A DNA stretch of 64,000 nucleotides from Takakia lepidozioides (taxonomy: Eukaryota; Plantae; Bryophyta): assembly GCA_030704615.1 (NCBI GenBank), contig CM060733.1:59954001-60018000 (forward strand), in the 5' to 3' direction. Position numbers and translations under genes: made by a program. How positions within the stretch are numbered: position 1 is the first letter of the stretch; every line of letters starts with the position of its first letter. Under the pieces are notes generated by a model that searched no databases, was not told where the DNA came from, and saw only the letters and a program-made list of their open reading frames with translations. This document shows positions 12,072 to 23,031 of this stretch, piece after piece.

Positions 12072-15000
12072 ATGGCTCCGAATTCCTACGCCATAGTTTG
12101 CTGTCCTCCGCAACTTGGGAGAGCCTGGATCCCAAACGAGGGAGGACTTTGCAGAGTGACTGAAACTTACCTTTGTTCCAAATTCAAGCTCAAACCGGGC
12201 ACAATTTATTTGGAAGAAGAAAGGAAGGATGTTCCTGGACAGGTTGACGAGACCATTGTCGTGCTAGGTAACAACGGAGGTTGCGGAATTGAATGGCACG
12301 TACCCCCGTCAGACACCATCCTGTACCGAGCTGTGGGAATGCCCATTCCCTTTCCGAATCAGTCGCTGCCCACACCATCCACAAAGGAGTCCGGAAACCG
12401 ACAGACGGCCACTGCCAACAGAGAGGTATGCAACAATAATCATTCCCGACCTGGACCGTCAAGACCCTCCATAGCTTCTCGTGTGGACGTATTCGACATT
12501 TCCGATGAGGAAGATGAGTGCATTGAGGTCCCCATGTCCTCTACACGGTCCTTCAAATCCGACATGGACGTCTCTGTAGGTGCTACGCATGTACCTCGAG
12601 CATAACTCCAACCCGGTCCATTGTGCAGCTCCTACGACAACATCACCTCGATGGTTCTCGCTCCGAGCTGGCTGCAATCGACTATGCCAAATTTCCAGTC
12701 AGGAAGGTAACGTTTCTGCCTCCCGAAGTCGATGGCAATGTCATCTTCGAGTTTCCACCTGTTATCTCGTCAAACAAAGCCTCGGGGATGTTAACCGGCA
12801 TGGATCAAAAGCATGACGGACACCCCTGGTGTGTGACGAAGACCACTAACACAAAAATTGCTGATGGTGTTCATGTACGATACGTCCTCTGTGCGGGGAA
12901 GCTGAGGTGCCTCAATCCCGCCTGCTTCCACTTTCTTTCCAAAGGAGGGCGGAGAAACGAGACGGATTGGACTAGCACAACGCATCATCCATTCATTGTC
13001 TCCAGCCAAGCTCCTGCGGGTACTTTCAAGTGCGCACATTGCAAAGAACCACCGACGTACATGTCCATGTGCAGAGCCAAGCAATATTACGTTATCTATT
13101 TGCTCCCGGACTTGACTAGAGCTTGCATGCACGTTGGGGTCCACTGCCACCCCTTGGCGAGAGACAACATGCGTGAGGCTGTGGAGGTGAAATTGAGCCC
13201 CGGAGCCAGACCAAAGCAGATTCAGCTGAAGGCAGCCCACAAGATTGCTCTTGGCAAAATCATGTCTGAAGATGGTTCAGACCGAGTGCCCTTGAACGAA
13301 GAGGAGATGCTTGACCTGTTGGAGTCCGTCTCGCACGTTTGTAGTCCGAATGTGCGGAATCACATCGTATCTTGCAAGCAGGAGTTCGGCCGGGGGTCGG
13401 ACATGCACTCAATCCTGGAGGTGAAACGAATGACTGGATATGACTACATCCAAGGTAGCAAGTTTCCAGGGCAAGGCAGCGAATCCGATCGTTGTTACAT
13501 TTTTAAAATGTCGACGTGTGGGCCTGGGAGTGGAGTCGACTTGGTCACTCGCATGACAACTGGAAACTTGTCGAATGCTTGGGTGATGTTTGACCACATC
13601 AAGCGAATTACAAACCATCAGTGGGTGACTATGGGTGCGCATGTTTATGACTATCACTCCAAGAGGCTCATGACGATTGCAATCTGCGAGATGAAAGGGG
13701 AGGACACACAGTCGGAGATGCATCTGTGGGAGGGCATAAACGAGCAGATGGCAAGGGCGAGATTGCCAGAGCCCAATTTCAGGGGATTCATGGCAGACAA
13801 CGCTCAGGCCAACTGGGCAGCGGTGCGGCGTGTGTACGGTGAGGACCCCAATGTGCCAATGGAGGGGAAAAAGAGATCCTGTGGATTCCATTGGATGCAG
13901 AGTCTATCCCACTACACTACCAAATTTGTTGCTAGCTCATTCCAGGCTGAACACCGTGTCCTTTGTACGGCGTGGAAGGATGCACCCACATTTGATGACG
14001 CAGAGGTTAAGTTTGCTATCATCGAGGCTTGGTGGAACACGTCAGGTGCAGTGGAGACAACCAATCTAGGAGCCTTGCACAGCTGGTTGGGGTGGTGGCA
14101 TTTCCGGTATCGACAGTTCAGACAATACATGCAGGAGGTATGATGCTGTCATTTTCGTACAATTGTCTTTCTATTACGGAACTTTCCATTGGTTCCTCAC
14201 CATTGTCTGTGTCTTTGTAGGAGCGGTGCTTGGATTCCGACATGGACATGCCGAACACGAATATGGCAGAATCAGTGCACTCCTCCTGGCGAGCGTCTTC
14301 TGCCGCACATCTGGTGGATGTAGTGACGGCCACAACGGAGGACATCGACAGAGCAATCATGCAGCAAGCCACGTACTACAAGTTCCTGAGCGGGAAACAA
14401 TGGGGCTTTGGGCCGGACAGGGAGGAATTGTTGGTGCGAACAGCTTCGAGGTCGAAGAATCCACTGAAATGGGCGACAACATTGCGAGAGAAGATCAAAG
14501 GGACGCCTCTGCACCGCAGAGGTGAGCACCTAGAGGGGGACGTCCGTACTCGCCCTGTGAGGCGGAGGATTGAAGAGGAACCCGGGTGCGAAGAGAATTC
14601 CTGGAGATCCGACAGGAACATTCGGACAGCACCTCGAGGGCCCGTCATGTTGCCGCACAATGTGTCTTCCAGCAGTGAAAGCCCAAGAAATTCCAGATCG
14701 CCATCGCCTTCAAGCGGGGATTCCGTGCAAGAAATTCCCACCGCTCGCTTGCCCTAGATTCCGCCCCCTTTTATGCAGTATGGCCAAGCCATTGTGGAGA
14801 CGACTGTGTCTGCGTCACAGTGGAGAATTGTTCGCACAAAGCCGTCGTTTCGAGGCAGGTGTTTCGCAATTCGAGTGGATACATGGCAACGTTGTTTAGA
14901 GATGATAAGGAGGAATCCAGATGGTGTTGTCCCTGCTCCTACTTTTACAGGAAGATTTGTCCATGCAAAGTTTGCGGAGGCGACAACCACCCAGTTTTGG

Positions 15001-15651
15001 TTCTGCAGGCACGACATTATGACTTGCGTGTATGGAAAGCCCAAGTACGGCATACAAACAATGCCAGAGGCTCCCCCGGTGTGGCCGGTGGAACCAGGCT
15101 GCGATCTGAGTCAGGTTGAGGCCGACGCCCTTACCGCCGCAGGATTTCGGATGGTGCAGCGCACTGACGTCCCCAGACAACCATTTCCGCTTCCACAGCC
15201 TCCACCACCGACCCCTGTGAGAGCAAGAACAATGGGAACCGACAGCTCTAAGCATCCTACACACCGTTGGGGGAAACCGAAGAGGCGGCGACCTCCCTCA
15301 AAAGTGAACGAGACAAGGATGGGGAATGCACTTCGGATGAACTGTACAATCCAGAGCTCGACAGAAGTGCCCCCACCAGGCTTCGGGCGTGTGTATCAGA
15401 TGGTCACGGCAGGCTCAGCTGTTTGCAATGAGGTGTACACCATCACCATTTCAGAATTACCCACCTGCAATTGCACCGACTTTCAGATCATGGCGAACAA
15501 GGGGGCATCATACTGCCCTTGCAAGCATCTGGACTACGTGTACCTAAAGAGACTCCGGTGTAATTCCACAACTCATCACTTCATACATGCACCAGGGTTG
15601 AGCCCCCAAGTGGTGCACACTCTTCTGAATATGGATCCAGGGGACCAGTGA
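12072..15651 (+). pseudogene. Mutator-superfamily DDE transposase with N-terminal GCM-like Zn domain and C-terminal SWIM finger (one frameshift, one stop)
   Basis: GCM-like DGHPW..CAGKLRCLNPAC..CAHC..C..GVHCHP. Catalytic VMFDH, FMADNAQA, CGFHW (CxxH) and TNMAESVH. SWIM CNCTDF..CPCKH. Intron 14138-14220 (GT..AG). A 1-nt deletion at ~12595 relative to copy 1 and an in-frame TAG at 14755. Confidence 0.85.
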
Positions 15652-16483
15652 CCTTGGCTTGCGGTCCCAACACAATGGTACGCCCATCCTTTTCGGATAG
15701 TAGAACTGTACTGCTGCAAGTAGCTCTGACTCTGGCCACAGAAAGGTCCGACTTATGTCTTGCCTACCAGTAACCTGTTTTGCTCGAACATCGATAATAC
15801 TATGTCATTCACTCGTGTTTCCACGTACATGTATTTTTGTGTGTTGGAGGGTTCCTGTTTTTCTGCTCTCCCAAACTTTGCTTTCCTCATTCGACCCCCG
15901 GCAAGGAAATGCGGCGCCGCATTTCCAAGTAACGTCGTAGGTACTGGTAGATGCGGCAGTCAGCAACACCAAACCGCCCAGAAATTTCGCACGTGCGAAC
16001 CCTAATACGGCACCGCATTTCCCAGTTCACTTGCAAAACTTTCCCGCCGAATACTGGAAGATGACAGAATTGTGCAGACTCTATTGGTTCAGTCGCGGCA
16101 AAAGGGTCAGCTTCATTCCAATGTTAAGGCATGTAAAACCGCGGAATACTCTATACAGGCCAGTATGCGACGTCGTTTTGCAGTGGTATACTGGATTTCT
16201 CGTTGCACGGTCACTCATTTCCATGAGCGGATCTAAAAAACCATGAGCGGAGTTGTTACTGACGACATATCTTTGCCGCATTACAGGATCCGTAACTTCC
16301 AAAAACGGCAAGGTCAAATATAAAACTATTATTTTAATACTTGTTTAATCTGCCGCATTTCCAAATTTGGAGTCCGCTCATGAAATCCGCGTGTCTTAGA
16401 CTTCGGCTCACCGCTCATGCGGCTCATGGCTCATGGCTCATGGTTTCTACTCATGAAATAGTAAACCTCCAAATCTTTATAAA

Positions 16484-16524
16484 CCCTAGACTAGTTTCTC
16501 ACAGCACGTGAGCTCATCAGTGGG
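16484..16524 (-). ncRNA. Minimal type I hammerhead ribozyme (degenerate stem II)
   Basis: ccca CTGATGA gctcacgtgctgtga GAAA ctag TC taggg. Confidence 0.7.
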
Positions 16525-17636
16525 AAAGAAAAGGAATGAGATACAAACCCCACCCCCCGCTTATATACTACTAGGAGTGAACTGCCTCGTGTGGACAATC
16601 TTCCAGTGGATGTCTCGTGAGGAGAAAAACCATCCAACAAATGTCTCGTACGGAGAAAATCGTCCAAAAAGTCTCGGTGGGAGAAAGTCATCTAGTGGAT
16701 GAAAACAAATTCTCGACAAGAGAGAACCAGATCCAAAGAATAAAAATCATCCAAACAGACAATTGCATATCTCTCAAATACAACTAACTCCGTGAGTTTA
16801 TGACTATGCAACAACCAATTACGCTGAAGTTAGAGCATGTTGTGAAAAGTCATAAGGGCTAAAACCACTTCGAAAGGAACGCAAAACCCGTAAGAGCTTT
16901 GCACACGCAGACCATCGTGCAACCATTGTCTTGCTAAAGCCTGCAGCTGTGTTGTCCTTAACGTGTCCAACCACGATCCCCACCTTCCGACCTCCAAGAA
17001 GAAACACGGCTCGGTCTTCGTATTGTTGCTTCATCAAATGAATGAGCAGCTTGGTCAAAAGAATGAAGATCAACATCTGCCTCCATTACATGAAGGCGAT
17101 TAAATATGCGTTGCAGCTAACACTATAAGAAAGTTTAGGGTTCACATAAAGTGTCAAAACAAGTGTAGCAGTACAACGCGGATGCACCGGGTGCAAGATA
17201 AACACAATCCGGGCAAATAAGTTTTAGGGGGGCCAGTTATGCACCCCTGGAAAAATTTCAGATCCTGTGAATCAAACCTGAAAGGAGAGATCCTGAGAGA
17301 CAGAAAACTAGAATAGAAGTATGCGAGGTGTCCTGAAATGCAACTGCAAACCTATGCAAGAGGCAAATGTGCGTATGAGAACTATTTCACTGGATGCACA
17401 GGAGAATAGAACCCTATCTCTGTTTTGCAAGAGAATGGACACACTAGGAACAACTTAGATGCAGATCTCACATGCACTACTCGAGAGGGAGTTTATGGCA
17501 TGCCGTATAGACACAGAGCTCATAACAATGCAATGATCTAAAGCAGGGGATACAAACGCATCTAAAACTCCACAACTTCAAAGGGTGAGACCACGAGGCA
17601 AGATCATGCAAAGTAGTGAAGCCAAATCCTTATAAA

Positions 17637-17677
17637 CCCCAGACTAGTTTCGCTCAGCACGTGAGCTCATCAGTGGG
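17637..17677 (-). ncRNA. Minimal type I hammerhead ribozyme, canonical
   Basis: ccca CTGATGA GCTCA-cgtgc-TGAGC GAAA ctag TC tggg: complete core, perfect stem II, palindromic mini stem III, GUC cleavage triplet, stem I ccca/tggg. Confidence 0.9.
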
Positions 17678-17800
17678 AAAGAAAAGGAATGAGATACAAA
17701 CCCCACCCCCCCGCTTATATGCTAGATTGTCCACACGAGGCAGTTCACTCCTAGTAGTAGATAAGCGGGGGGTGGGGTTTGTATCTCATTCCTTTTCTTT

Positions 17801-17841
17801 CCCATTGATGAGCCCACGTGCTGAGCGAAACTAGTCTGGGG
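17801..17841 (+). ncRNA. Inverted hammerhead copy (C3 changed to U; probably inactive)
   Basis: ccca TTGATGA gcccacgtgctgagc GAAA ctag TC tgggg, running directly into telomeric repeats. Confidence 0.7.
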
Positions 17842-18387
17842 TTTAGGGTTTAGGGTTTACAAAAGAGTGCAAACAAATACATGTAGCAGTGCAACAGAGT
17901 TCGAACCGCGAATGCACCGGGTGCATTAGTAGCAAAGTGCAAACAAGTTTTTTAGGGGCCAATTATGGACACCTTAGAAAACTTGTAGAAATATCTAGCC
18001 TGTGAATCAAAACTAAAAGAATCGATCGTGAGACACAGAAAACTAGAATAGAAGAGAGTGGGAGTGATGTTGCAACGTTCTAAAGTGCAAATGCAAAGAT
18101 ATGCAAGAGGCAAGTGTGTGTGATGAAACTAATTCACTGTAAGGACAGGAGAATAGTAACCTATCTCTAAGAAAGAGAATAGACACACTAAAGAACAGTC
18201 TTACAATGAGATCTAACATGCAACACTCGAAAATGAGTTTAAAACATGCACTACAATAGACACAAAGCAAATTAATGCAATGAACTATGCAGAAGATCAA
18301 ATCTAAAACTCAACAACAACAACAACAATGCCGCCAATGAGACAAAGAGACAAGAACACAAGATGCAGCAAAGCGAATCTCTATAAT

Positions 18388-18427
18388 CCCCAAACTAGTT
18401 TCGCTCAGCGCGTGAGCTCATCAGTAT
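18388..18427 (-). ncRNA. Minimal type I hammerhead ribozyme (weak stem I)
   Basis: CTGATGA GCTCA-cgcgc-TGAGC GAAA ctag TT tgggg. Confidence 0.75.
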
Positions 18428-19694
18428 GAAAGAGAAGGAAAAGAGATACAATGTGCACCCCTCACCCCGCTTATATACTGCGGAAAGTGAACTTGTCTCG
18501 GGGGGGGGAGAGAGAAAATACCTAATGGATGGAAAACATCCAAAATTGTCTCGGCTGGAGAGATCGTCCAACACATGAAAACTTAGATGAAAAACATCCA
18601 AAGTTTTCTCGGCAGGGGAGAAATATCCAACGCATGAAACTCTAGATGAAAAACATCCTAATGTTCTCTCCAAAATGGATAAACATCCAAACTAGAAGCT
18701 AACTGCATGTCTCAAATACAACTAGCCTCTAGATTTGTAACATAGCACGAACTAGATAGGAATGCAAGTTTCGTGCCCTCTTCCAACATACCATAGGTCT
18801 GTCAAAGGACGCTAACTGCGGGCTTTTTGCGGAACTTTCAAAAAGCCGCATGAAGTTTAGGGTTTAGGGTTTAGGGTGGTTAGCAAAGGCTTGAAAAGAT
18901 AACAAAAAGTAGAAAAAATACTGGAAAAAGACACAGTAGAATTTAAGGGGGGCCGGTTCGGACCCAAATACAAATGCAATGGAAACCAAGACAAATGCAT
19001 ACAAAGTGTGCCTATCGTGCCTAAAGGGATGCTATAAGACTATTATGTCTTATGCAAGGACTCCTGCCCTCACGAGATAGGGTTCTCTAATTGAAGAAAG
19101 AGGCACTTTTGCTCCAACCGTAAGCTTTTTTATGTTTGTTTTTCTTTGTTTAACGACAAAAATCTTGCTCACTATGGGCAAGCATGCGTTCAAGGTAGTC
19201 ACAAACATAGGGTCAAGTCTCAACCCCTAGTTGGAAAACTTATATGCCCCACCTTCAAAAAGAGATTCGTACCTCTAAGGAAGAATATGAAGGATTACCG
19301 CATAAGGTCATTGACGAGAAGGTTAGGTCGGCAGAGGCTTGCGCATGCCCATAGTCCTCTGATCGCTCGAGATGAACTCGAGGGAGGATCAACCAAGTCC
19401 CTTCTCTCCGACCATCGGGCGTACGACAAGGGAAACCGTGTAGTCGGGGCTAAATTAGCTTGCTCGACACGATTACCATATACCCCCAGCCGCCTTACCC
19501 ATTGTAAGCGGTGGCTAAGATGGCGTCAAACGGAAGGCTCTATACGCCCGTGCTTTGGAAAGAAAAAAGGCCTCGGAAGTAACCAAGGGTTGGGATTCCC
19601 CTCGGAGCCGAGCACCCTTTCGATCCAAGTTGTCCGGGCGGGCAAGGACTAGACTCTCGACTTCTCTAAATGTGGAGACACAAATGAGAGTTAA

Positions 19695-19750
19695 GGTGTT
19701 TTATTCCAAACAAGTTTCGTTTGATTGCTCAAGCTCATCAGTGGAACACC
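19695..19750 (-). ncRNA. Hammerhead ribozyme of the ORF-bearing Athena-like unit (different family)
   Basis: ggtgttcca CTGATGA gcttgagcaatcaaac GAAA cttg TT tggaataaaacacc; stem I ttcca/tggaa, with possible further ggtgtt/aacacc pairing. Confidence 0.7.
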
Positions 19751-20226
19751 AACCGAGCAAAATTGCTCCGAGCAAAATTGTTGAATTTGGTGATGATTGA
19801 AGATCAGGAAGGGGGAAGAGGACGAGGAATGTAAATGAGACCAAGGCCCAGGAGTTGTCGCTCCGCAAAGGAGAGAACCCTCTTGCTATAGTTGTGGATA
19901 GCAGTGTTGGTGACCCTGCATTCTACCTGGGAGGGAGTCTTCCTAGCAAAGAGCAACAAAGCGTATGCTTTCGGGTCTACGAGCGGGTACCAGAAAAGAC
20001 TCCTCGTGCGCCCCCGCGTCTGTGAGGAGGTACGTATGGCCGCTTCGTCTTCGTCGTTGTCGCACCCTTCGTCGTGGCCGGTTTTCCGTTGACCCTCGCT
20101 GAAGGTTTCCGGCCTCCCGTACCAAAACCGGTTGTGCGGTTCGAGCCTGACCTCTTGTTGAAGGAGGTAGGTGATGCAACAGAACGGGTGGAGACCCGGA
20201 TTCCTTTCTGCTGCTTGCCGTTTCCC
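19750..20226 (-). pseudogene. Penelope-like reverse transcriptase N-terminal remnant, entered by a -1 frameshift; RT core deleted
   Basis: The -1 frame is open from G GGA AAC (20226-20220) to IHNYSKRVLSFAERQLLGLGLIYIPRP*SSIITKFNNFAR, which matches the PLE N(L)S..L...E..LL.LGL.F.P motif. Confidence 0.75.
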
Positions 20227-21023
20227 GACTTTCCGCCACGACTCGCCTTAGGCTTACTAGCCGGTTTGGTCCCAAGCTTCTGGGCCTTAGGTTTCACCTG
20301 GATGGAATTCACCACCTTCTTCACCTCCTTGAGTACTTCCTTGACCACCACGCGTTTCACGAGGGTAGCAATGGAGGGTTCCACAGGGAGGGTCTCCGCT
20401 TCTTCCATAGCACCTTCTCGAGCAACGTTGCGAGCGGCGATAGCCGCAGCCTTGCTGACGTCGGAAAGTTGTTTGTGAATGAGAAATATATCTACATGAG
20501 TAACAAAGAGATTGTTAAGATGAAGATGCCACGACTCAATGGAAGACTTAGACTTGTCACCTATCAAATTTAAGGATCGTAAAGGCGAAATCAAATCCGA
20601 GAGGCGAGTCTCAAAGACCGGTTTCGATTGCTCGAGCTTGTGGGTCAAGCTAGCAAGACGAGTTTCTTGGGCTTTGATGAGTGCTTCAAAGCACTTGATC
20701 CGATATGCGGTTGTGCATTCGGCCAAGCTCGCATCAAGGACGGATTGGGCCTCAGGATCTCCTATTTGAAGTTTAGGAGGACTCATTCTAAGGGAGTTGG
20801 GTATGGTGCCTTCTTCGAATTGCACTCGCAATTTTTGAAGGTACTTGGAAGTCTTTTCATGCTCATGCCTAAGACTTTTGAATTCCTTGTCCGATGTGTG
20901 TACAAATGTAAGCAAAGGGGGAGGAATAGAGACATTCATGCTAAAAGAAAAAGACGCGGATGCATGAGAAGGGCCGACGCCTAAGCTAGGACATGGACGT
21001 TTGTTACCTGCTAGTTCCGCCAT
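19977..21023 (-). CDS. Athena-like ORF1: coiled-coil protein with basic C-terminal tail (348 aa, intact)
   Basis: ATG-initiated ORF with heptad-like helical segments and a K/R-rich tail; overlaps the RT frame; the ATG lies ~10 nt from a telomeric tract. Confidence 0.7.
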   Translation of the reverse strand: MAELAGNKRPCPSLGVGPSHASASFSFSMNVSIPPPLLTFVHTSDKEFKSLRHEHEKTSKYLQKLRVQFEEGTIPNSLRMSPPKLQIGDPEAQSVLDASLAECTTAYRIKCFEALIKAQETRLASLTHKLEQSKPVFETRLSDLISPLRSLNLIGDKSKSSIESWHLHLNNLFVTHVDIFLIHKQLSDVSKAAAIAARNVAREGAMEEAETLPVEPSIATLVKRVVVKEVLKEVKKVVNSIQVKPKAQKLGTKPASKPKASRGGKSGNGKQQKGIRVSTRSVASPTSFNKRSGSNRTTGFGTGGRKPSARVNGKPATTKGATTTKTKRPYVPPHRRGGARGVFSGTRS

Positions 21024-21033
21024 GGAAAAAAAG

Positions 21034-21590
21034 TTTAGGGTTTAGGGTGGTTAGCAAAGGCTTGCAAAGGTAACAAAAAGTAGAAAAAATACTGGAAAAA
21101 GACGCAGTAGAATTTAAGGGGGGCCGGTTCGGACTCAAATACAAATGCAATGGAAACCAAGACAAATGCATACAAAGTATACCTATCGTGCCTAAAAGGA
21201 TGCTATAAGACTATTATGTCTTATGCAAGGACTCCCGCCCTCACGAGATAGGGTTCTCTAATTGAAGAAAGAGGCACTTTCGCTCCAACCGTAAGCTTTT
21301 TTATGTTTGTTTTTCCTTGTTTAACGACAAAAATCTTGCTCATTATGGGCAAGCATGCGTTCAAGGTAGTCACAAACATAGGGTCAAGTCTCAACCCCTA
21401 GTTGGAAAACTTATATGCCCCACCTTCAAAAAGAGATTCGTACCTCTAAGGAAGAATACGAAGGATTACCGCATAAGGTCATCGACGAGAAGGTTAGGTC
21501 GGCAGAGGCTTGCGCATGCCCATAGTCCTCTGATCGCTCGAGATGAACTCGAGGGAGGATCAACCAAGTCCCTTCTCTCCGACCATCACA
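21034..21590 (-). repeat. Direct duplicate of the element 3' end (pLTR-like; copy of 18856-19415)
   Basis: Near-identical ~555 bp; both copies start at tttagggtggttagcaaaggc, and this one is truncated and capped by telomeric repeats at 21593. Confidence 0.9.
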
Positions 21591-22089
21591 AGTTAGGGTT
21601 TAGGGTTTAGGGTTACATGGCCATTCCTGCGAAAAGTGACCATTTTTTTTTCGTGTTTTGAGGTGACCTACCCCCCATTTGTGCATAATGTGGTTCCGAA
21701 TATGTAAAAATATTTCCCTATTGTATCATCATTCGTGAGATATGACACGTTTGACTTTTGACACATTTGGTTGACTTTGGCCTATATATAGCTTTTTTGG
21801 AATTTGAAAAGGCCTAGGTGGTAGTAGTAGGTATTATTAGGACAATGGTGGAAAAAGTTTGGCAAAAAGGTCAAAAAGTTGGCAAATATAGGCGTTTGAA
21901 GGCAAAACCCTAAAATGCCTATTGTGGCTAAATTTGGAGGTTGTTGGTGGTTTTGAATGGACCTATCCCCCCATTTAAAAGTATAAGGATTCCGAATATG
22001 TAAAAACATTTCCCCAATCCCTCGCCATTTGGGAGATATTAAGGAGTTGACTTTGGGTTGAGTTTGACTTTTTTGAATTTGGTCCAATT

Positions 22090-22920
22090 AAGGCAGCAAC
22101 TTTCAAAGTGAGATATCTTAAGCAAATCTTCGTCAATTTGGAAAGTTTAGGTGTCTATCTTGTGTAGTTTTTCTTGGGGAATCCAATGGTATGTGGCGCT
22201 CACCCTAATTCTTTGTAGAACTCTACTTACGAGCAACATTGTGAGGCGGACTTCTTTGTAGGATCAGCGACTTTCAAAGTGGTATATCGCGGCAAAATCA
22301 TGGTCGATTAGCAAGTTTGAGGTATGTATCTTGTGTGTTTTTTCATTACGCATCCAATGGTATATTGTGCTCGTTCTAATTCGTTGTAAATCGAAACTTA
22401 TGACTAAAAATGTGAACCTGCCATTTTTGTAGGAACTGCGACGTTCAAAGTGGCATATCTACACCAAATCTTGGTCGATTTGTGCGTTCAAGGTATGCAT
22501 CTTGGTCGTGTTTTTGTGTTGAATCCATTGGTATCTTGCCCATCTTCTAATTCGTCCTAGAACGGAAGATATGAGCAAAAACGTCAACCTGGTCTAAAAA
22601 GTCAGCAACTTTCAAAGTGCATTTTAGGGTGCTAATCTTGGTCATTTCTTTCATTCAGGGTATGCATCTTGTGCGCTTTTTTGTGGGGAATCCAGTGGTT
22701 TGCGGCGCTTGTTGTAATTCCTTGTAAAACAAAAGTTATGAGCAAAATAGTGAGTCGGAAACCCTTTTTAGTAAGGTGAGCGAACTTTAAGGGGTCATAT
22801 CTAGGTCAAATCTTGTCCGATTGGGGTAATGTTTATGTGCATATTGAGTGTTTTTTTGTTGCAAATCCATTGATATGTCTATCTTTTTGTGGGTCCTTCT
22901 AGATCAAAAGTTATGTTGAT
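22090..22920. repeat. Diverged ~171-bp tandem repeat (5 units)
   Basis: actttcaaagtg..atatct motif at ~22097, 22268, 22439, 22606 and 22783, with shared gaatcca(a)tggtat and ttatgagcaaaa blocks. Confidence 0.8.
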
Positions 22921-23031
22921 TTAATGAATCGGGTTCAATTAGGTGCTATATTTGGTCAATTCAAAAGTTGGATGTGTGTATTTTGGATAATTTCTTAATG
23001 TTATTTCTTCTTATATCGCAGGGTTGCCAAT

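Larger units (their letters stand above)
1..16463. mobile_element. Large (>16 kb) Mutator-like DNA transposon with GCM-like/DDE/SWIM transposase, ParB-MTase cargo and palindrome arrays; left end outside the window
   Basis: The same GGAAATGCGGYRCCGCATTTCC palindrome occurs from ~1.5 kb to ~16.0 kb, with a half-site at ~16350, and in introns (~3710, 4965, 6175). CTCATGG micro-repeats at 16370-16460 are followed by an abrupt switch to unrelated hammerhead units at ~16465. The right boundary is inferred; no TIR/TSD pair is visible. Confidence 0.6.

Noticed and set aside
17895-17910. tRNA or Pol III gene from a GTTCGAACC B-box
   Set aside because: No convincing A-box or cloverleaf, and the motif is absent in two of four copies.
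17843-18480. Telomerase RNA gene (TATA box plus CCCTAAA template)
   Set aside because: The repeat is ~600 nt from the TATA box at the unit end, the units are multicopy with hammerheads, and no USE was recognised; a PLE-type priming site fits better.
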